Shown: positions 49,813-59,873 of the stretch, piece after piece
Layout of the letters: each line of letters opens with the position of its first letter
Numbering within the stretch: position 1 is the first letter of the stretch
Assembly (NCBI GenBank): GCA_963701775.1
Contig: CAVPBH010000011.1
Span: forward strand, 94,367 to 158,366
Length of the DNA: 64,000 bases
Source: an uncultured Chloroflexia bacterium
GTDB taxonomy: Bacteria > Chloroflexota > Anaerolineae > JAAYZQ01
Direction of reading: 5' to 3'
Program-made: the position numbers and the translations under genes
The notes under the pieces: model-generated
Seen by the model: the letters and a program-made list of their open reading frames with translations, nothing else
What the model was told of the DNA's origin: nothing
Database searches by the model: none

Positions 49813-51137
49813 TACTGTGCCCAAATCCTCGTACACAATGCGGCTGATGGTCTGGCCGAGGCGGACGGAGTAGTTGGTGCCGCGGTCCTCGGGATAGATC
49901 TGGAGGGTGTTGGCCAGGTAGAGGCCGGCAAGCCCGGTGCGGTGGCCGGGATGCGCTGGGAGTAGTTGCAGGTGACGACGGGCTGGCCCGACTCGGCACG
50001 CAGGACGATCTTGGTCTCGATCCAGGAGGCGTCGAAGGCGGGGTTGATGCGCTTGAGGTGCGGCAGGTAGAGGGCGAAGAGCTCGTCGGCGCTCATGCGG
50101 AAGCGAGGGTCGTCCCGCTCCAGGTAGTTGGAGACGTAGATTATGTGCCGGCCCTGGTACTCGGAGGGCGGCACATAGTTGGTGTGCTCGATGACGGCAA
50201 CGAAGGGCATCGTGCGGTCGGCGACGTTCATCCAGTAGATGGGGCTGAGGCTCTGCTTGCTGGCCATGAGCAGGACGACGGCGGCCTGGTAGCGGATGGA
50301 GCGGAGGCGACCCGCGTACTCCTCGTCGAGAGAGGGCGGGGCGATCTCGAGCATGTTGTAGCCGGGGACGGTGGCGATGACGGCGTCGAAGGGGATGGTC
50401 TCTTTGGCGGTGACGACGCCGGTCACGCGGCGCGGGTCGTCGGGCGCCGTGGTGAGAGCTGTCACCTCGCTATTGAGGCGCAGGTCGGCGCCGCCGGCGC
50501 GCAGCCGGTCGAGCAGCGCCTGGGTGATGATCTCAAAGCTGCCGTCGGGGTAGGCGAGAGTTTCTTTGGCGGCGGCGCCGCGCCGGGAGGAGCCGCGCAC
50601 CTTGATCTTGCCCCACAGCCAGGTCATGGATACCTGGTCGGCCAAGTCGCCGAACTTGCCGCGCAGCAGTGGCCCCCAGAAGCGGTCGTAGACCTGCCGG
50701 CCCATGTAACGCAGGATCCAGTCGCGGGCGGTGATGGACTCGAAGCGGCGGTAGTCGTCGAAGCGCGGCAGGAGCAGGTACATCAGCCCCAGGCGGACGC
50801 GGTTGAAGAGGTTGACGGGGCTGAAGCGGATGAGGTCGAAGGGAGTGACCAGGTCGTAGATGTGGCCGTCGTGGTACCAGCCGACCTTGGACTCGATCCA
50901 GCGCAGCCGGCCGCCGATGCCCAGCTCGTCCATCAGGCCGAGGATGTGGCTATCGCTGCCGAAGAGGTGGTGGTAGAAGAACTCGATGCGGGTGCCGAGC
51001 AGGGGCAGGGTGGCCGCCTGGCCGCCCCACTGGCCGTACTTTTCCAGAACAGTGACGGCGTAGCCCTTCTTCTGGAGCTCGTAGGCCGCGACCAGGCCGG
51101 CATAGCCGCCGCCGATGATGCCGATCCGCTTGCTCAT
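49812..51137 (-). CDS. FAD-dependent oxidoreductase (amine-oxidase / phytoene-desaturase superfamily); frameshift near 49946-49950
   Basis: MSKRIGIIGGGYAGLVAAYELQKKGYAVTVLEK..GG dinucleotide fold. Adding one G to the ccggg run at 49946-49950 gives the family-typical C-terminus IPGHRTGLAGLYLANTLQIYPEDRGTNYSVRLG. The true stop is therefore uncertain. Confidence 0.75.
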   Translation of the reverse strand: MSKRIGIIGGGYAGLVAAYELQKKGYAVTVLEKYGQWGGQAATLPLLGTRIEFFYHHLFGSDSHILGLMDELGIGGRLRWIESKVGWYHDGHIYDLVTPFDLIRFSPVNLFNRVRLGLMYLLLPRFDDYRRFESITARDWILRYMGRQVYDRFWGPLLRGKFGDLADQVSMTWLWGKIKVRGSSRRGAAAKETLAYPDGSFEIITQALLDRLRAGGADLRLNSEVTALTTAPDDPRRVTGVVTAKETIPFDAVIATVPGYNMLEIAPPSLDEEYAGRLRSIRYQAAVVLLMASKQSLSPIYWMNVADRTMPFVAVIEHTNYVPPSEYQGRHIIYVSNYLERDDPRFRMSADELFALYLPHLKRINPAFDASWIETKIVLRAESGQPVVTCNYSQRIPATAPGLPASTWPTPSRSIPRTAAPTTPSASARPSAALCTRIWAQ

Positions 51138-51511
51138 TCCCAGACGTCCGGCTCCGGCTCCGAGGCCTCGACCGCCAGCTCCAGGTCGGTCTCGCCGGCC
51201 TCGTAGCGGGCCAGGTCAGCCTTGGCACGCGCGTACTGGGCGATCAGCTCCTCGTCGGTGCCCTGGTAGCGCGCGATGGTCTGCGTCGCGCACAACTCGC
51301 AGCCGCGCATGAAGCGGTAGCTGCCCGAGAGACAGCTCAGGCAAGCGTCGAGGCGGATCATCAGCAGGCAGAAGGCCAGCTTGTCCGGGTGCGTCTCGGG
51401 CAGAGGGATGATGGCCGCAACGAAATCGCGCCACACCTCGCCGCGCAGGTCCCGGAGCGCCGGGATCAGCTTGGGGGGGAAAAGCAAGTCGGTTCTCTGG
51501 TTGATCGTCAT
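51134..51511 (-). CDS. Hypothetical Cys-rich protein (125 aa), translationally coupled on both sides (ATGA overlaps)
   Basis: MTINQRTDLLFPP..CLLMIRLDACLSCLSGSYRFMRGCELC... ATG 51511 overlaps the PHP stop, and its own stop overlaps ATG 51137. Confidence 0.55.
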   Translation of the reverse strand: MTINQRTDLLFPPKLIPALRDLRGEVWRDFVAAIIPLPETHPDKLAFCLLMIRLDACLSCLSGSYRFMRGCELCATQTIARYQGTDEELIAQYARAKADLARYEAGETDLELAVEASEPEPDVWE

Positions 51512-52392
51512 GCTGCACTCTTCTTCACAATCTGCTCGTGCCGGTGCACCAGCCCTTCCCAGGCGGCCCACGGCACAGTGATGCTTCCCAGGCGGCTGCC
51601 GGCGGTCCCGCCGTGGCAGTCGCTGCCGCCGGTAATGACCAGCCCGTGCTTGAGCGCCAGGTCGAGAAGCTGCCGGCTGGCACCGCGGGTGTAGTTGGGG
51701 TAATAGATCTCGATGCCGGCCAGCCCAGCCTTGCGCAGGCGGGGCAGCCAGCGCTCCAGGTTGAGGGCGGCGCGGCACTCGCCGTCGTGGCTGAAGAAGT
51801 AGGGGTGGGCCAGGACGGGCACGCCGCGGCTCCAGCGGACCAACTGGATTGCCTCTTCGGGCGGGAGGCGGAGGCGCTCGACGTAGGCGGGCCGGCCGCG
51901 GCCAATCCAGAGGTCAAAGGCCTCGTCGTAGCTGCGGACATAGCCGGCTTCCAGCATGGTCACCGCCACATGGGGCCGGCCGATGGAGTGGCTGCCGCCG
52001 GAGACCTGCATCAGGTGATCCCACTCGATGGGGAAGCCGAGGCCGGAGAGGCGGTCGAGCATCTTGGCGGCACGCTCGCGACGCGCCACCCGGGTGCGCG
52101 CCAGGAGGTCCTGAAGTTCCTTGTTGTCCAGGTCCACAAAGTAGGCGAGGATGTGGATCTCTTCCTGGCCGCTGATGGTGCTGATCTCCACGCCGGGGAC
52201 GATGGTCAGGTTGGTGTGCTGCGCCGATTCCATGGCAAGCGGCACGGCCTCGGTGGTGTCGTGGTCGGTGATGGCCACGACCTCGAGACCAAAGTCCATG
52301 GCCTGCGTCACCAACTCCCGGGGCGTCATGCCGCCATCCGAGGCCGTGGTGTGCGTGTGAAGGTCGACGCGGTTGTCGTGTGCTGTTGAGAT
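51508..52392 (-). CDS. PHP-domain metal-dependent phosphoesterase (TrpH/YciV-like); start codon unresolved
   Basis: ORF track starts at ATG 52329 (MTPRELV..VAITDHD..). The conserved VDLHTHTTASDG motif lies in the same frame upstream, which is open to 52395 and has no ATG/GTG/TTG. ATC 52392 is the only candidate. Confidence 0.7.
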   Translation of the reverse strand: MSTAHDNRVDLHTHTTASDGGMTPRELVTQAMDFGLEVVAITDHDTTEAVPLAMESAQHTNLTIVPGVEISTISGQEEIHILAYFVDLDNKELQDLLARTRVARRERAAKMLDRLSGLGFPIEWDHLMQVSGGSHSIGRPHVAVTMLEAGYVRSYDEAFDLWIGRGRPAYVERLRLPPEEAIQLVRWSRGVPVLAHPYFFSHDGECRAALNLERWLPRLRKAGLAGIEIYYPNYTRGASRQLLDLALKHGLVITGGSDCHGGTAGSRLGSITVPWAAWEGLVHRHEQIVKKSAA

Positions 52393-52407
52393 ACCCTATC
52401 CTCTATC

Positions 52408-52992
52408 CTACGGCTGCGCCGTCTTGGCCGCTTCCTTGGCCCGCCTCGCCTCCGCCTCGGCGGCGGCGTCGGTGGGGTGGAGGGAGGCATAGTAGCTGGC
52501 CGGGACCAGGAGCTTGTGGATGTCGAGGAAGAGGTCCTGGTCGCGGTCGGTGACGGCGATCTCGTGCACCTGGTTCATCTTGATGGCGTCGAAGGGGCAA
52601 TACTCGGCGCACGAACCGCAGTTCATACAGATCGTGGCGTCGATCCAGAAGCCGGCGGGCTTGGCCCGCGGGCGGCCCTTGTCGTCGGTGCCGCGCTGGA
52701 TCCAGATGCACTGAGGCGGGCAGACGCGGGCACAGATGCCACACGCCGTGCAGCGCGGCTCTTCCGGCTTTTCGTCGTAGACCAGCATGGGGATGAAGCG
52801 AAAGTTCTCCTGCCGCTTGATCTTTTCCTCGGGGTACTGGACGGTAAAGATCCCCTTGCCGTCGACGGCCTGGCGGCGCGCGGTCCACTCAGGGCTAATG
52901 CGTGGCTCCCACGGCTTGCGGTCGTAGACGAACGACTCGACAAAGTGCCGCATGGTGACGTAGAGGCCTTTGAGCAGTCCCAGTCCAAACAT
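52408..52992 (-). CDS. nuoI: NADH-quinone oxidoreductase subunit I (2x[4Fe-4S])
   Basis: [47 protein letters not shown] 52992 overlaps the nuoCD TAA (TAATG). Confidence 0.9.
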   Translation of the reverse strand: MFGLGLLKGLYVTMRHFVESFVYDRKPWEPRISPEWTARRQAVDGKGIFTVQYPEEKIKRQENFRFIPMLVYDEKPEEPRCTACGICARVCPPQCIWIQRGTDDKGRPRAKPAGFWIDATICMNCGSCAEYCPFDAIKMNQVHEIAVTDRDQDLFLDIHKLLVPASYYASLHPTDAAAEAEARRAKEAAKTAQP

Positions 52993-54729
52993 TAGCGATC
53001 TACCTCCCCAAGCGTAATGTCGATCGTGCCGAGGATGACGATGGCGTCGGCGAGCAGGTGCCCGACCGACATGCGCTCCAGCGCGCCGAGGTTGATGTAG
53101 CTTGGGCTGCGGACGTGGTAGCGGTATGCGTTGGTGCCGCCGTCGCTGACCAGGTAGAAGCCCAGCTCGCCCTTGGGGTGCTCGACACGGCCGTACCATC
53201 TCGCCGGCCGGCACCTTGGGGTTCCAGACCTTTTTGGCTGGGCGGATCTCGCCGCGGGCCGGGATGCGGTTGAGCGCCTGGCGCAGGATCTTGATCGCAC
53301 TCGTGCATCTCGTCCCTGCGCTGGAGATAGCGGTCGTAGACGTCGCCGGTCTGGTAGGTGGGCACGTCAAAGTCGAAGGAGTCGTAGATGGAATAGGGCT
53401 CGGCCCTGCGGATGTCGTAGCGCAGGCCGGCGGCGCGGATGTTGGGGCCTGTGATGGAGTAGTTGGCCATCTCCTGCCAGGTCATGGCGCCGATACCGCG
53501 GGCGCGGGCGATAAAGATCTCGTTGTCGGTCAGGAGCGTGTTGAACTCGTCCAGCTTGCGGTCGAGGCGATCCACCTCCTGGCTGCAGCGCTTGAGCCAG
53601 TCTGCGGTGACGTCGCGTGCGACGCCGCCGAAGCGGAAGTAGTTGACCATCATGCGCGAGCCACTGATGGCCTCGAAGAGGTCAAGGATGCGCTCGCGCT
53701 CGTTGAACGCGTAGACGAAGGGGGTGAGCATGGCCCCCAAGTCGTTGAAGAGGAAGCCGGTCCAGAGGAGGTGGTTGACGATGCGGGTCAGCTCGCCCAC
53801 GATGACGCGGATGTACTCGGCGCGCTCCGGCACCTGGATGGCCATCATCTTTTCCACCGCGACGGCGTAGGCAAAGTTGTTATACATCGGGCTGAGGTAG
53901 TCGAGGCGGTCGGTGTAGGGCATGTTGCCCGTCCACAGGTTGCGCTCGGCGATCTTTTCGTGGCAGCGGTGGAGCTGGCCGAGCATCGGCGTGACACTGG
54001 TGACCGTCTCGCCCTGGAGGCCGACGAGCATGCGAAAAACGCCGTGGGTGGAGGGATGCTGCGGGCCGATGTTCACGTAGACCTGGTCGGTGCCGATGCC
54101 GTTGACGTCGATCTTGGCGCCGGGCAGCACGTCGATCTCGGGGAGCGGCTGCCACTTGTCCGGCGCGGGATCAAAGCCCTCGGGGTATTGCAGATTGGCC
54201 CGCCATCGGACGCGCTGCTCGGCCGTCCGGGGCTTGACGTCACCCGCGGCCGGCCAGCGGCTGGAGTAGGGCTTGTGCTCCTCGGTGTAGTAGGCCTCGT
54301 GCCAGTCCTTGCGCAGCGGGTAGCCGTCGAACCCATCCCAGAGGAAGATCCGGCGCAGGCACGGGTGGCCGTCGAAGCGGATGCCGAACATGTCGTAGGT
54401 TTCCAGCTCCTGGAAGTCGGCGCCGGCGAAGACGGGTACCAAGCTCGCAACGTGGGGATTGGCCCGGTCGGGGATGCGTACCTTGAGCGAGAGGCCGGGA
54501 CCGACCGAGCTGCCCTGGGTCGCGTAGAGGTTGTAGATGACCTCGAGGCGGTCGGGATAGTCGGAGGCGGTCAGGTTGGTGAGCCAATCGAAGCCGGCGC
54601 CCTGCAGGTGCACCATGGCGTCCAGCAGTTGGCCGGGGGCGACGACGAGCCAGTCGCCGTCGCGGTCGACGACGGCGCCGGGAACCGCTTCGTTCAGTTG
54701 TGCCTGGATCTTGTCCAGATCGAGTGCCA
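52992..54729 (-). CDS. nuoCD: Fused NADH-quinone oxidoreductase subunits C and D; two frameshifts (near 53305 and 53205)
   Basis: GAGGGAGAG then ATG 54729. NuoC part ([35 protein letters not shown]). NuoD part ([14 protein letters not shown]..). The C-terminus is recovered from two other frames ([22 protein letters not shown]; [33 protein letters not shown]). Confidence 0.85.
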
Positions 54730-54829
54730 TGCTTCTCTCCCTCAGGTTACGATCCACGAAGGACACGAAGAACACCAAGGTGTCTTGCCGACGGTGGTCG
54801 CGCCCACGGTTGGTGAGCTCGCAGAACCA

Positions 54830-55471
54830 TCATGCGTCGGGCGGCTGATCCGGCTTCTCACGCGCAGCGGCGCTGATCTCGGGGATCCGCCGGGTATCGA
54901 CGAGGTCCGGCCCGCCGATCAGGGGCACGGGCACCTCGGGGATGGGCTCCTTGCGGTACCAGCGCACCTGGTCGATGCGCTCGCCCTGGATCTTTTTGTG
55001 GAGCATGATGTAGGCGTTGAGCGTCGCTTCCGGGGTGGGCGGGCAGCCAGGGATGTAGAGGTCGACGGGCAGGAACTGGTCGACGCCAGAGACGACGTTG
55101 TAGCCCTCCTTGAACGGCCCGCCGCCGGAGGCGCAGGCGCCCATGGAGATGACGTACTTGGGCTCGGCCATCTGGTTGTAGAGGGCGACGATCTTGGTGA
55201 TCATCTTCTTGGTGACGGTGCCGGAGATGACGATCAGGTCGGCCTGGCGGGGGCTGGCGCGGGCGAGGTCCATGCCAAAGCGGCCCATGTCGTAGCGGGA
55301 GGCGCCGGCGGCCATGAACTCGATGGCGCAGCAGGCGACGCCGAAGAACATGGGCCAGAGGGAGAACTTGCGTCCCCAGCCGTAGACCTGGCTGAGGCGG
55401 GTGAGGAAGACGTTGCCCTTGAGGTCGTCAGGAACCTCGATCTCGACGGGCTCCGGGATGTCGTCACTCAT
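54830..55471 (-). CDS. nuoB: NADH-quinone oxidoreductase subunit B
   Basis: SLWPMFFGVACCAIEFM..MGACASGGGPF..IPGCPPTPEA. Intact 213-aa ORF. GAAGGAGAGGGA precedes ATG 55471. Confidence 0.95.
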   Translation of the reverse strand: MSDDIPEPVEIEVPDDLKGNVFLTRLSQVYGWGRKFSLWPMFFGVACCAIEFMAAGASRYDMGRFGMDLARASPRQADLIVISGTVTKKMITKIVALYNQMAEPKYVISMGACASGGGPFKEGYNVVSGVDQFLPVDLYIPGCPPTPEATLNAYIMLHKKIQGERIDQVRWYRKEPIPEVPVPLIGGPDLVDTRRIPEISAAAREKPDQPPDA

Positions 55472-55515
55472 GCGGTCCCTCTCCTTCGAGCGATAGTGGA
55501 AGACAAGCGGGGGAG

Positions 55516-55544
55516 ATTATAGCAGGGAGCGGGCAGGTTGTCAA
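55516..55544 (-). promoter_or_regulatory. Perfect-consensus sigma-70 promoter, TTGACA-17-TATAAT, upstream of nuoB
   Basis: The minus strand reads ttgacaacctgcccgctccctgctataat, about 45 nt upstream of ATG 55471. Confidence 0.75.
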
Positions 55545-55600
55545 GGGAGTTGACGAGAGTTACCAGGTCCATGCCGGCGTGGGCACTGATGACAGTGCCT

Positions 55601-55630
55601 TTGGCCCAACCCAGTGCCCTGTGGTACAAT
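55601..55630 (+). promoter_or_regulatory. Promoter TTGGCC-18-TGgTACAAT (extended -10) for the glycosyltransferase cluster
   Basis: Read directly, divergent from the nuoB promoter. Confidence 0.45.
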
Positions 55631-55779
55631 TCCGGCGCAGTGAGGGTGCAGATCCACCAGCGCCTCTTGTACCCCGGACTCGCTATCGAAGCACCCACGA
55701 GAGAGGAAAGACCGTTGTCAGGCACACGTGCAGGCCGTGCCGGACCGGCGGAGCTTGGAACGAGAGAGAAGGATAGGGG

Positions 55780-56748
55780 ATGACTCCAATGGGATCGGAG
55801 CAGGCAGAAGTGCCCCTTTGCCACGGGATTGTGGCCGTGATCCCCGCGCATGACGAGGAGCTCTCCATCGGCAGCGTCATCCTCAGGGCGCGCAAATACG
55901 CCCAAACCGTCATCGTTGTGGACGACGGATCCACAGATGCAACCGCCGAGATCGCCCGAGCTGCGGGCGCGATCGTCCTTCGGCATGAGAGAAACCGCGG
56001 GAAGGGGGCAGCCATCAGCACAGGGATCCGCAGAGCACTGGAGCTCGCCCCGGGCGTCGTCGCCATCCTGGACGCTGACGGCCAACATCGCCCGGAGGAG
56101 CTGCCGTCTGTCGTGGCTCCGATCCTTCGGGAAGAGGCCGACATCGTGGTTGGTTCTCGCTACCTCCAGAGAGGTAGAGACGTGCCTCGCCACAGGAGAT
56201 GGGGGCATTGGGCGTTCACCTCTCTCACCAATCTTGCGTCTCGGGTTCGCGTCACCGACTCTCAGAGCGGTTTCCGGGCTCTTTCGCCGCAGGCTGCCGC
56301 AGCCGTTGCCTTCTCGTCGGAGGGCTTTTCGGTCGAGTCGGAGATGCAGTTCTGGGCCCACGAGCATGGGCTGCGCCTTGCCGAGACACCGGTGACAGCC
56401 CTCTACAATCGAAGGCCCAAGCGGTCTGTCGTGGCTCACGGGCTGATGGTCCTCAACGGCCTGCTGCGCCTGATGGGCCAGTACCGGCCGCTTCTCTTCT
56501 TCGGCGTTCCGGGATCGCTCCTGGCGCTCGGCGGCCTGGCGTGGGGGGTCTGGGTGGTGGATATCTATCACAGGACGCAGGAGCTGGCCATTGGGTATGC
56601 CATGATCAGCGTGCTTCTCTTCATCGTGGGCAGCCTTTGCCTGTTCACGGGCATTATCCTGCACTCGGTGCGCGCGCTCCTGCTCGAACTGAAGACCCCC
56701 GTGGCCCATCCAGTGCCGAGTGGCAACCCCGGTCCGGAGGATCCGTGA
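55780..56748 (+). CDS. Family-2 glycosyltransferase with C-terminal TM helices (polyprenyl-phosphate glycosyltransferase-like)
   Basis: VAVIPAHDEELSIGSVI..VIVVDDGSTDAT..RNRGKGAA..LDADGQH. Two C-terminal hydrophobic segments. Intact ORF. Confidence 0.85.
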   Translation: MTPMGSEQAEVPLCHGIVAVIPAHDEELSIGSVILRARKYAQTVIVVDDGSTDATAEIARAAGAIVLRHERNRGKGAAISTGIRRALELAPGVVAILDADGQHRPEELPSVVAPILREEADIVVGSRYLQRGRDVPRHRRWGHWAFTSLTNLASRVRVTDSQSGFRALSPQAAAAVAFSSEGFSVESEMQFWAHEHGLRLAETPVTALYNRRPKRSVVAHGLMVLNGLLRLMGQYRPLLFFGVPGSLLALGGLAWGVWVVDIYHRTQELAIGYAMISVLLFIVGSLCLFTGIILHSVRALLLELKTPVAHPVPSGNPGPEDP

Positions 56749-57803
56749 GTCCTGAGCCACTCCCGAGTGCAACTGTCATCATCGTGAGTGCCAACCACCT
56801 TGCCCATCTCGAGAGATGCGTGCCATCGGTTTTGGGCCAGCAGTACGACAAGATGCGAATCCTCGTCGTCGACAACGCCTCCACCGATGGCAGCGTGGAA
56901 TTCCTGAAGCGCGAATACCCTCAAGTGCAGATCATTGAGAATTCGACGAATCTGGGCTACGCAGGGGCAAATAACGTGGGATTCCAGAACTCGGCCAGCG
57001 ACTACTTGGCCGTGCTGAACCCAGACACAGAAGTGGCAGACGACTGGCTGCGAGAGCTGATCCTGGCCCTGGAGACGTGCCCTGCTGCCGGATTGGCGAC
57101 CTCGAAGGTTCTCCTGCTGCGGAGCCACGAGCGGATCAACACCTGTGGCAACGAGATCACCTTCGCCGGTATCACGACCTGCCGCGGCCTCGGCCAGCCG
57201 GCGGACAGATATGCGAGGCTTGAGCGGGTCTCGGCCGTGTCGGGATCCGCTTTTGCCATCAGACGCTCTGTGCTGCAGGAGATTGGGCCCTTTGACGAGT
57301 CGTTCTTCCTCTACTATGAGGATACCGATCTGTCGCTGCGTGCCGCCCTGGCGGGGTACCAGTGCCTGTATGTGCCTACGTCGATCGTCTACCACGATTA
57401 CGCCTTCCGATTCACCGCATCGAAAGCCTATCTCCAGGAGCGTAACCGGATCGTGTCCTTGCTGAAGGTCTTCCGGTGGGGGACGCTGGCCGCGCTCCTG
57501 CCGGCACTGCTCCTCGCCGAGGCGATGGCTTGGACATTCTGCGCGCTGAAGGGGAAGGACCACCTCCGCAGCAAGCTGCGCAGCTATGGATGGATCGTGC
57601 GGAACCGGCGCCAAGTTTGGGAAGCGCGGCGCGAAACGCAGGCCCTGCGAAGAGTAGGGGACCGGCGGCTGCTTCGCACGATGAGCCACCGGCTGAGCTT
57701 TGCCGGGACCACAAACCGGCAGGCAGCGCGAGCGCTGGAAGCGATCGTCCAACCGTTTCTCTGGGCGTGGGGCGGCCTATGCCGGGCCGTGGTCTTCTGG
57801 TAA
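56745..57803 (+). CDS. Family-2 glycosyltransferase (rhamnosyltransferase-like)
   Basis: GTG 56745 overlaps the upstream TGA. ATVIIVSANH..VVDNASTDGS..NLGYAGANN..FFLYYEDTDLSLR. Confidence 0.8.
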   Translation: MSPEPLPSATVIIVSANHLAHLERCVPSVLGQQYDKMRILVVDNASTDGSVEFLKREYPQVQIIENSTNLGYAGANNVGFQNSASDYLAVLNPDTEVADDWLRELILALETCPAAGLATSKVLLLRSHERINTCGNEITFAGITTCRGLGQPADRYARLERVSAVSGSAFAIRRSVLQEIGPFDESFFLYYEDTDLSLRAALAGYQCLYVPTSIVYHDYAFRFTASKAYLQERNRIVSLLKVFRWGTLAALLPALLLAEAMAWTFCALKGKDHLRSKLRSYGWIVRNRRQVWEARRETQALRRVGDRRLLRTMSHRLSFAGTTNRQAARALEAIVQPFLWAWGGLCRAVVFW

Positions 57804-57810
57804 CACAGGG

Positions 57811-58988
57811 ATGCGCATTGCTCACGTCACGGCGACCTTTCCACCGTACCGCGGCGGCACGGGAACCGTCTGCTATCACAATGCCTTCGGCTTGGCCCGG
57901 CTAGGTCACGAAGTCACCGTCTTTGCCCCGGGCGGCGAAGGGGGAGACGGCGTGGATCACCCGGCGTTACCGTCCGCCGCCTGCCGGCCCTCTTCCGCAT
58001 GGGTAACGCGCCGTTCTTGCCGGGGCTCTTGAAGCTGCGCGGGTTCGACGTGGTGCACCTGCACTATCCGTTCTTCTTCGGGGCAGAGAGCGTGTGGCTC
58101 CGGTCGCTCTCCGGAGGCCCCCGCTACGTCGTCACCTATCACCAGGACGTGCTCTTCGCTGGGCCACTGCGCCTTGCAGAAGCTGCCCACCACTGGCTGC
58201 TGGGCCGGCGCGTCCTCGGTCGCGCGGCCCGCGTGCTCGCCACATCGTGGGACTATGCGCGGGCGTCGCGGTTGAGGGGCCTGATGGACCGCAGGCCCGG
58301 GATCGTCGACGAGCTGCCCAACGGAGTGGATCCATCCCGCTTTCACCCAAGCGTGGAGGGCGCCTCGGTACGCGCGCGCTACGGCATCGAACCTCGGGAC
58401 CCGGTGCTGCTGTTCGTCGGGGCACTAGATCGAGCGCACTACTTCAAGGGCGTGGGAATCCTGCTTGAGGCCTTGGCCCAGTTGCCGGCTTCACTCCGCG
58501 CCGCCCGGCTGCTCATGGTGGGCGATGGGAACCTGCGCCAGGCCTACCAGCAGAGGGCAGCGGAGCTGGGCGTGGAGGATCGGGTCACCTTCTGTGGGCG
58601 CGTGCCAGACGAGGAGTTGCCGGCTCACTACGCCGCCTGCAACGTCCTGGTCCTGCCGTCGACGACGATGGGCGAAGCTTTTGGCGTGGTGCTGCTGGAG
58701 GCGATGGCCTGTGCCCGCCCAGTCATCGCGAGCAACCTGCCCGGCGTGCGCACCGTGGTGAGCGACGGGGTGGACGGGCTGTTGGTGCAGCCGGGAGAGA
58801 CGGATGACCTGGCACACAGACTCAGGGCAATCTTGGATGAGCCAGAGCGACAGAGAATGATGGGAGCACGAGGTCGGGCCAAGGTCGAAGAGCGCTACGC
58901 TTGGTCGGCCATTATCCCTCGGCTAGCGTGCGTGTATGAGGAGTCCATGGAACAGGACGCCCGTGAGCAGACAGGGAACGCACTCTGA
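57811..58988 (+). CDS. Family-4 (GT-B) glycosyltransferase; frameshift near 57960
   Basis: MRIAHVTATFPPYRGGTGTV.. joins ORF 57999.. (..LLFVGALDRAHYFKGVGILLEA..LVLPSTTMGEAFGVVLLEAMACARPVIASN, the E-x7-E region). Confidence 0.8.
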
Positions 58989-59100
58989 TGTTTGACTGGC
59001 TTTGCAGACCATCTCCGACACACGATGCACAACCCGGGCTTGGGCACGCTGTTCCTCCCGAGTACCTAAGCATAACGATCCAAGGAGGTGATGAGAATCC

Positions 59101-59872
59101 GTGAAGGCTGTGATTCTTGCCGGCGGCCAAGGCACCCGCCTGGCCGAGGAGACCGAAATCAAGCCCAAGCCCATGGTCGAGATTGGCGGGCAGCCGATCC
59201 TGTGGCACATCATGAAAGCCTATGGCCATCATGGCTTCAACGAGTTCCTGATCGCCCTCGGCTACAAGGGCAGCGCAATCAAACGATTCTTCCTGGAATA
59301 CCACGCCTTGAACGGCGACATGAGCCTGCGGCTGAGATCGGGCCAAGTGGAGCGGCATGGAGCCGAGTGCGAAGACTGGACCGTTCACCTGCTGGACACG
59401 GGCGCCGATACCCAGACCGGCGGTCGCCTCAAGCGCCTGCAGCGATACCTGCACGCAGAAACGTTCATGCTCACTTACGGCGATGGAGTGAGCAATGTCG
59501 ATCTGCGGGCGCTGTTGTGCTTCCACCGGTCTCACGGCAAGATCGCCACCGTCACCGCCGTCCGGCCGCCGGCCCGATTCGGAGGGTTGGTCATTGACGG
59601 CAGCTTGGTGGCAAGCTTCAGCGAGAAGTCTCAGATCGGCGAGGGCTGGATCAACGGCGGCTTTTTCGTCTTTGAGCCACAAGTGTTCGACTACCTGGAC
59701 GGCGATCAGACCAACCTGGAAGCCGACACGCTGCCCGCGGCTCGCCGCCGACCGCCAACTGGCCGCGTACCGGCACGAAGGTTTCTGGCAGTGCATGGAT
59801 ACCCTGCGAGAGAAGCGCCTCCTGGAAAGCCTCTGGCAGGACAGCCGGCCCTGGAAAGTGTGGGAGGGATAG
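59101..59872 (+). CDS. rfbF: Glucose-1-phosphate cytidylyltransferase; frameshift near 59735
   Basis: AAGGAGG then GTG 59101. [49 protein letters not shown]... The C-terminus comes from ORF 59495.. ([26 protein letters not shown]). Confidence 0.9.
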
Positions 59873-59873
59873 T

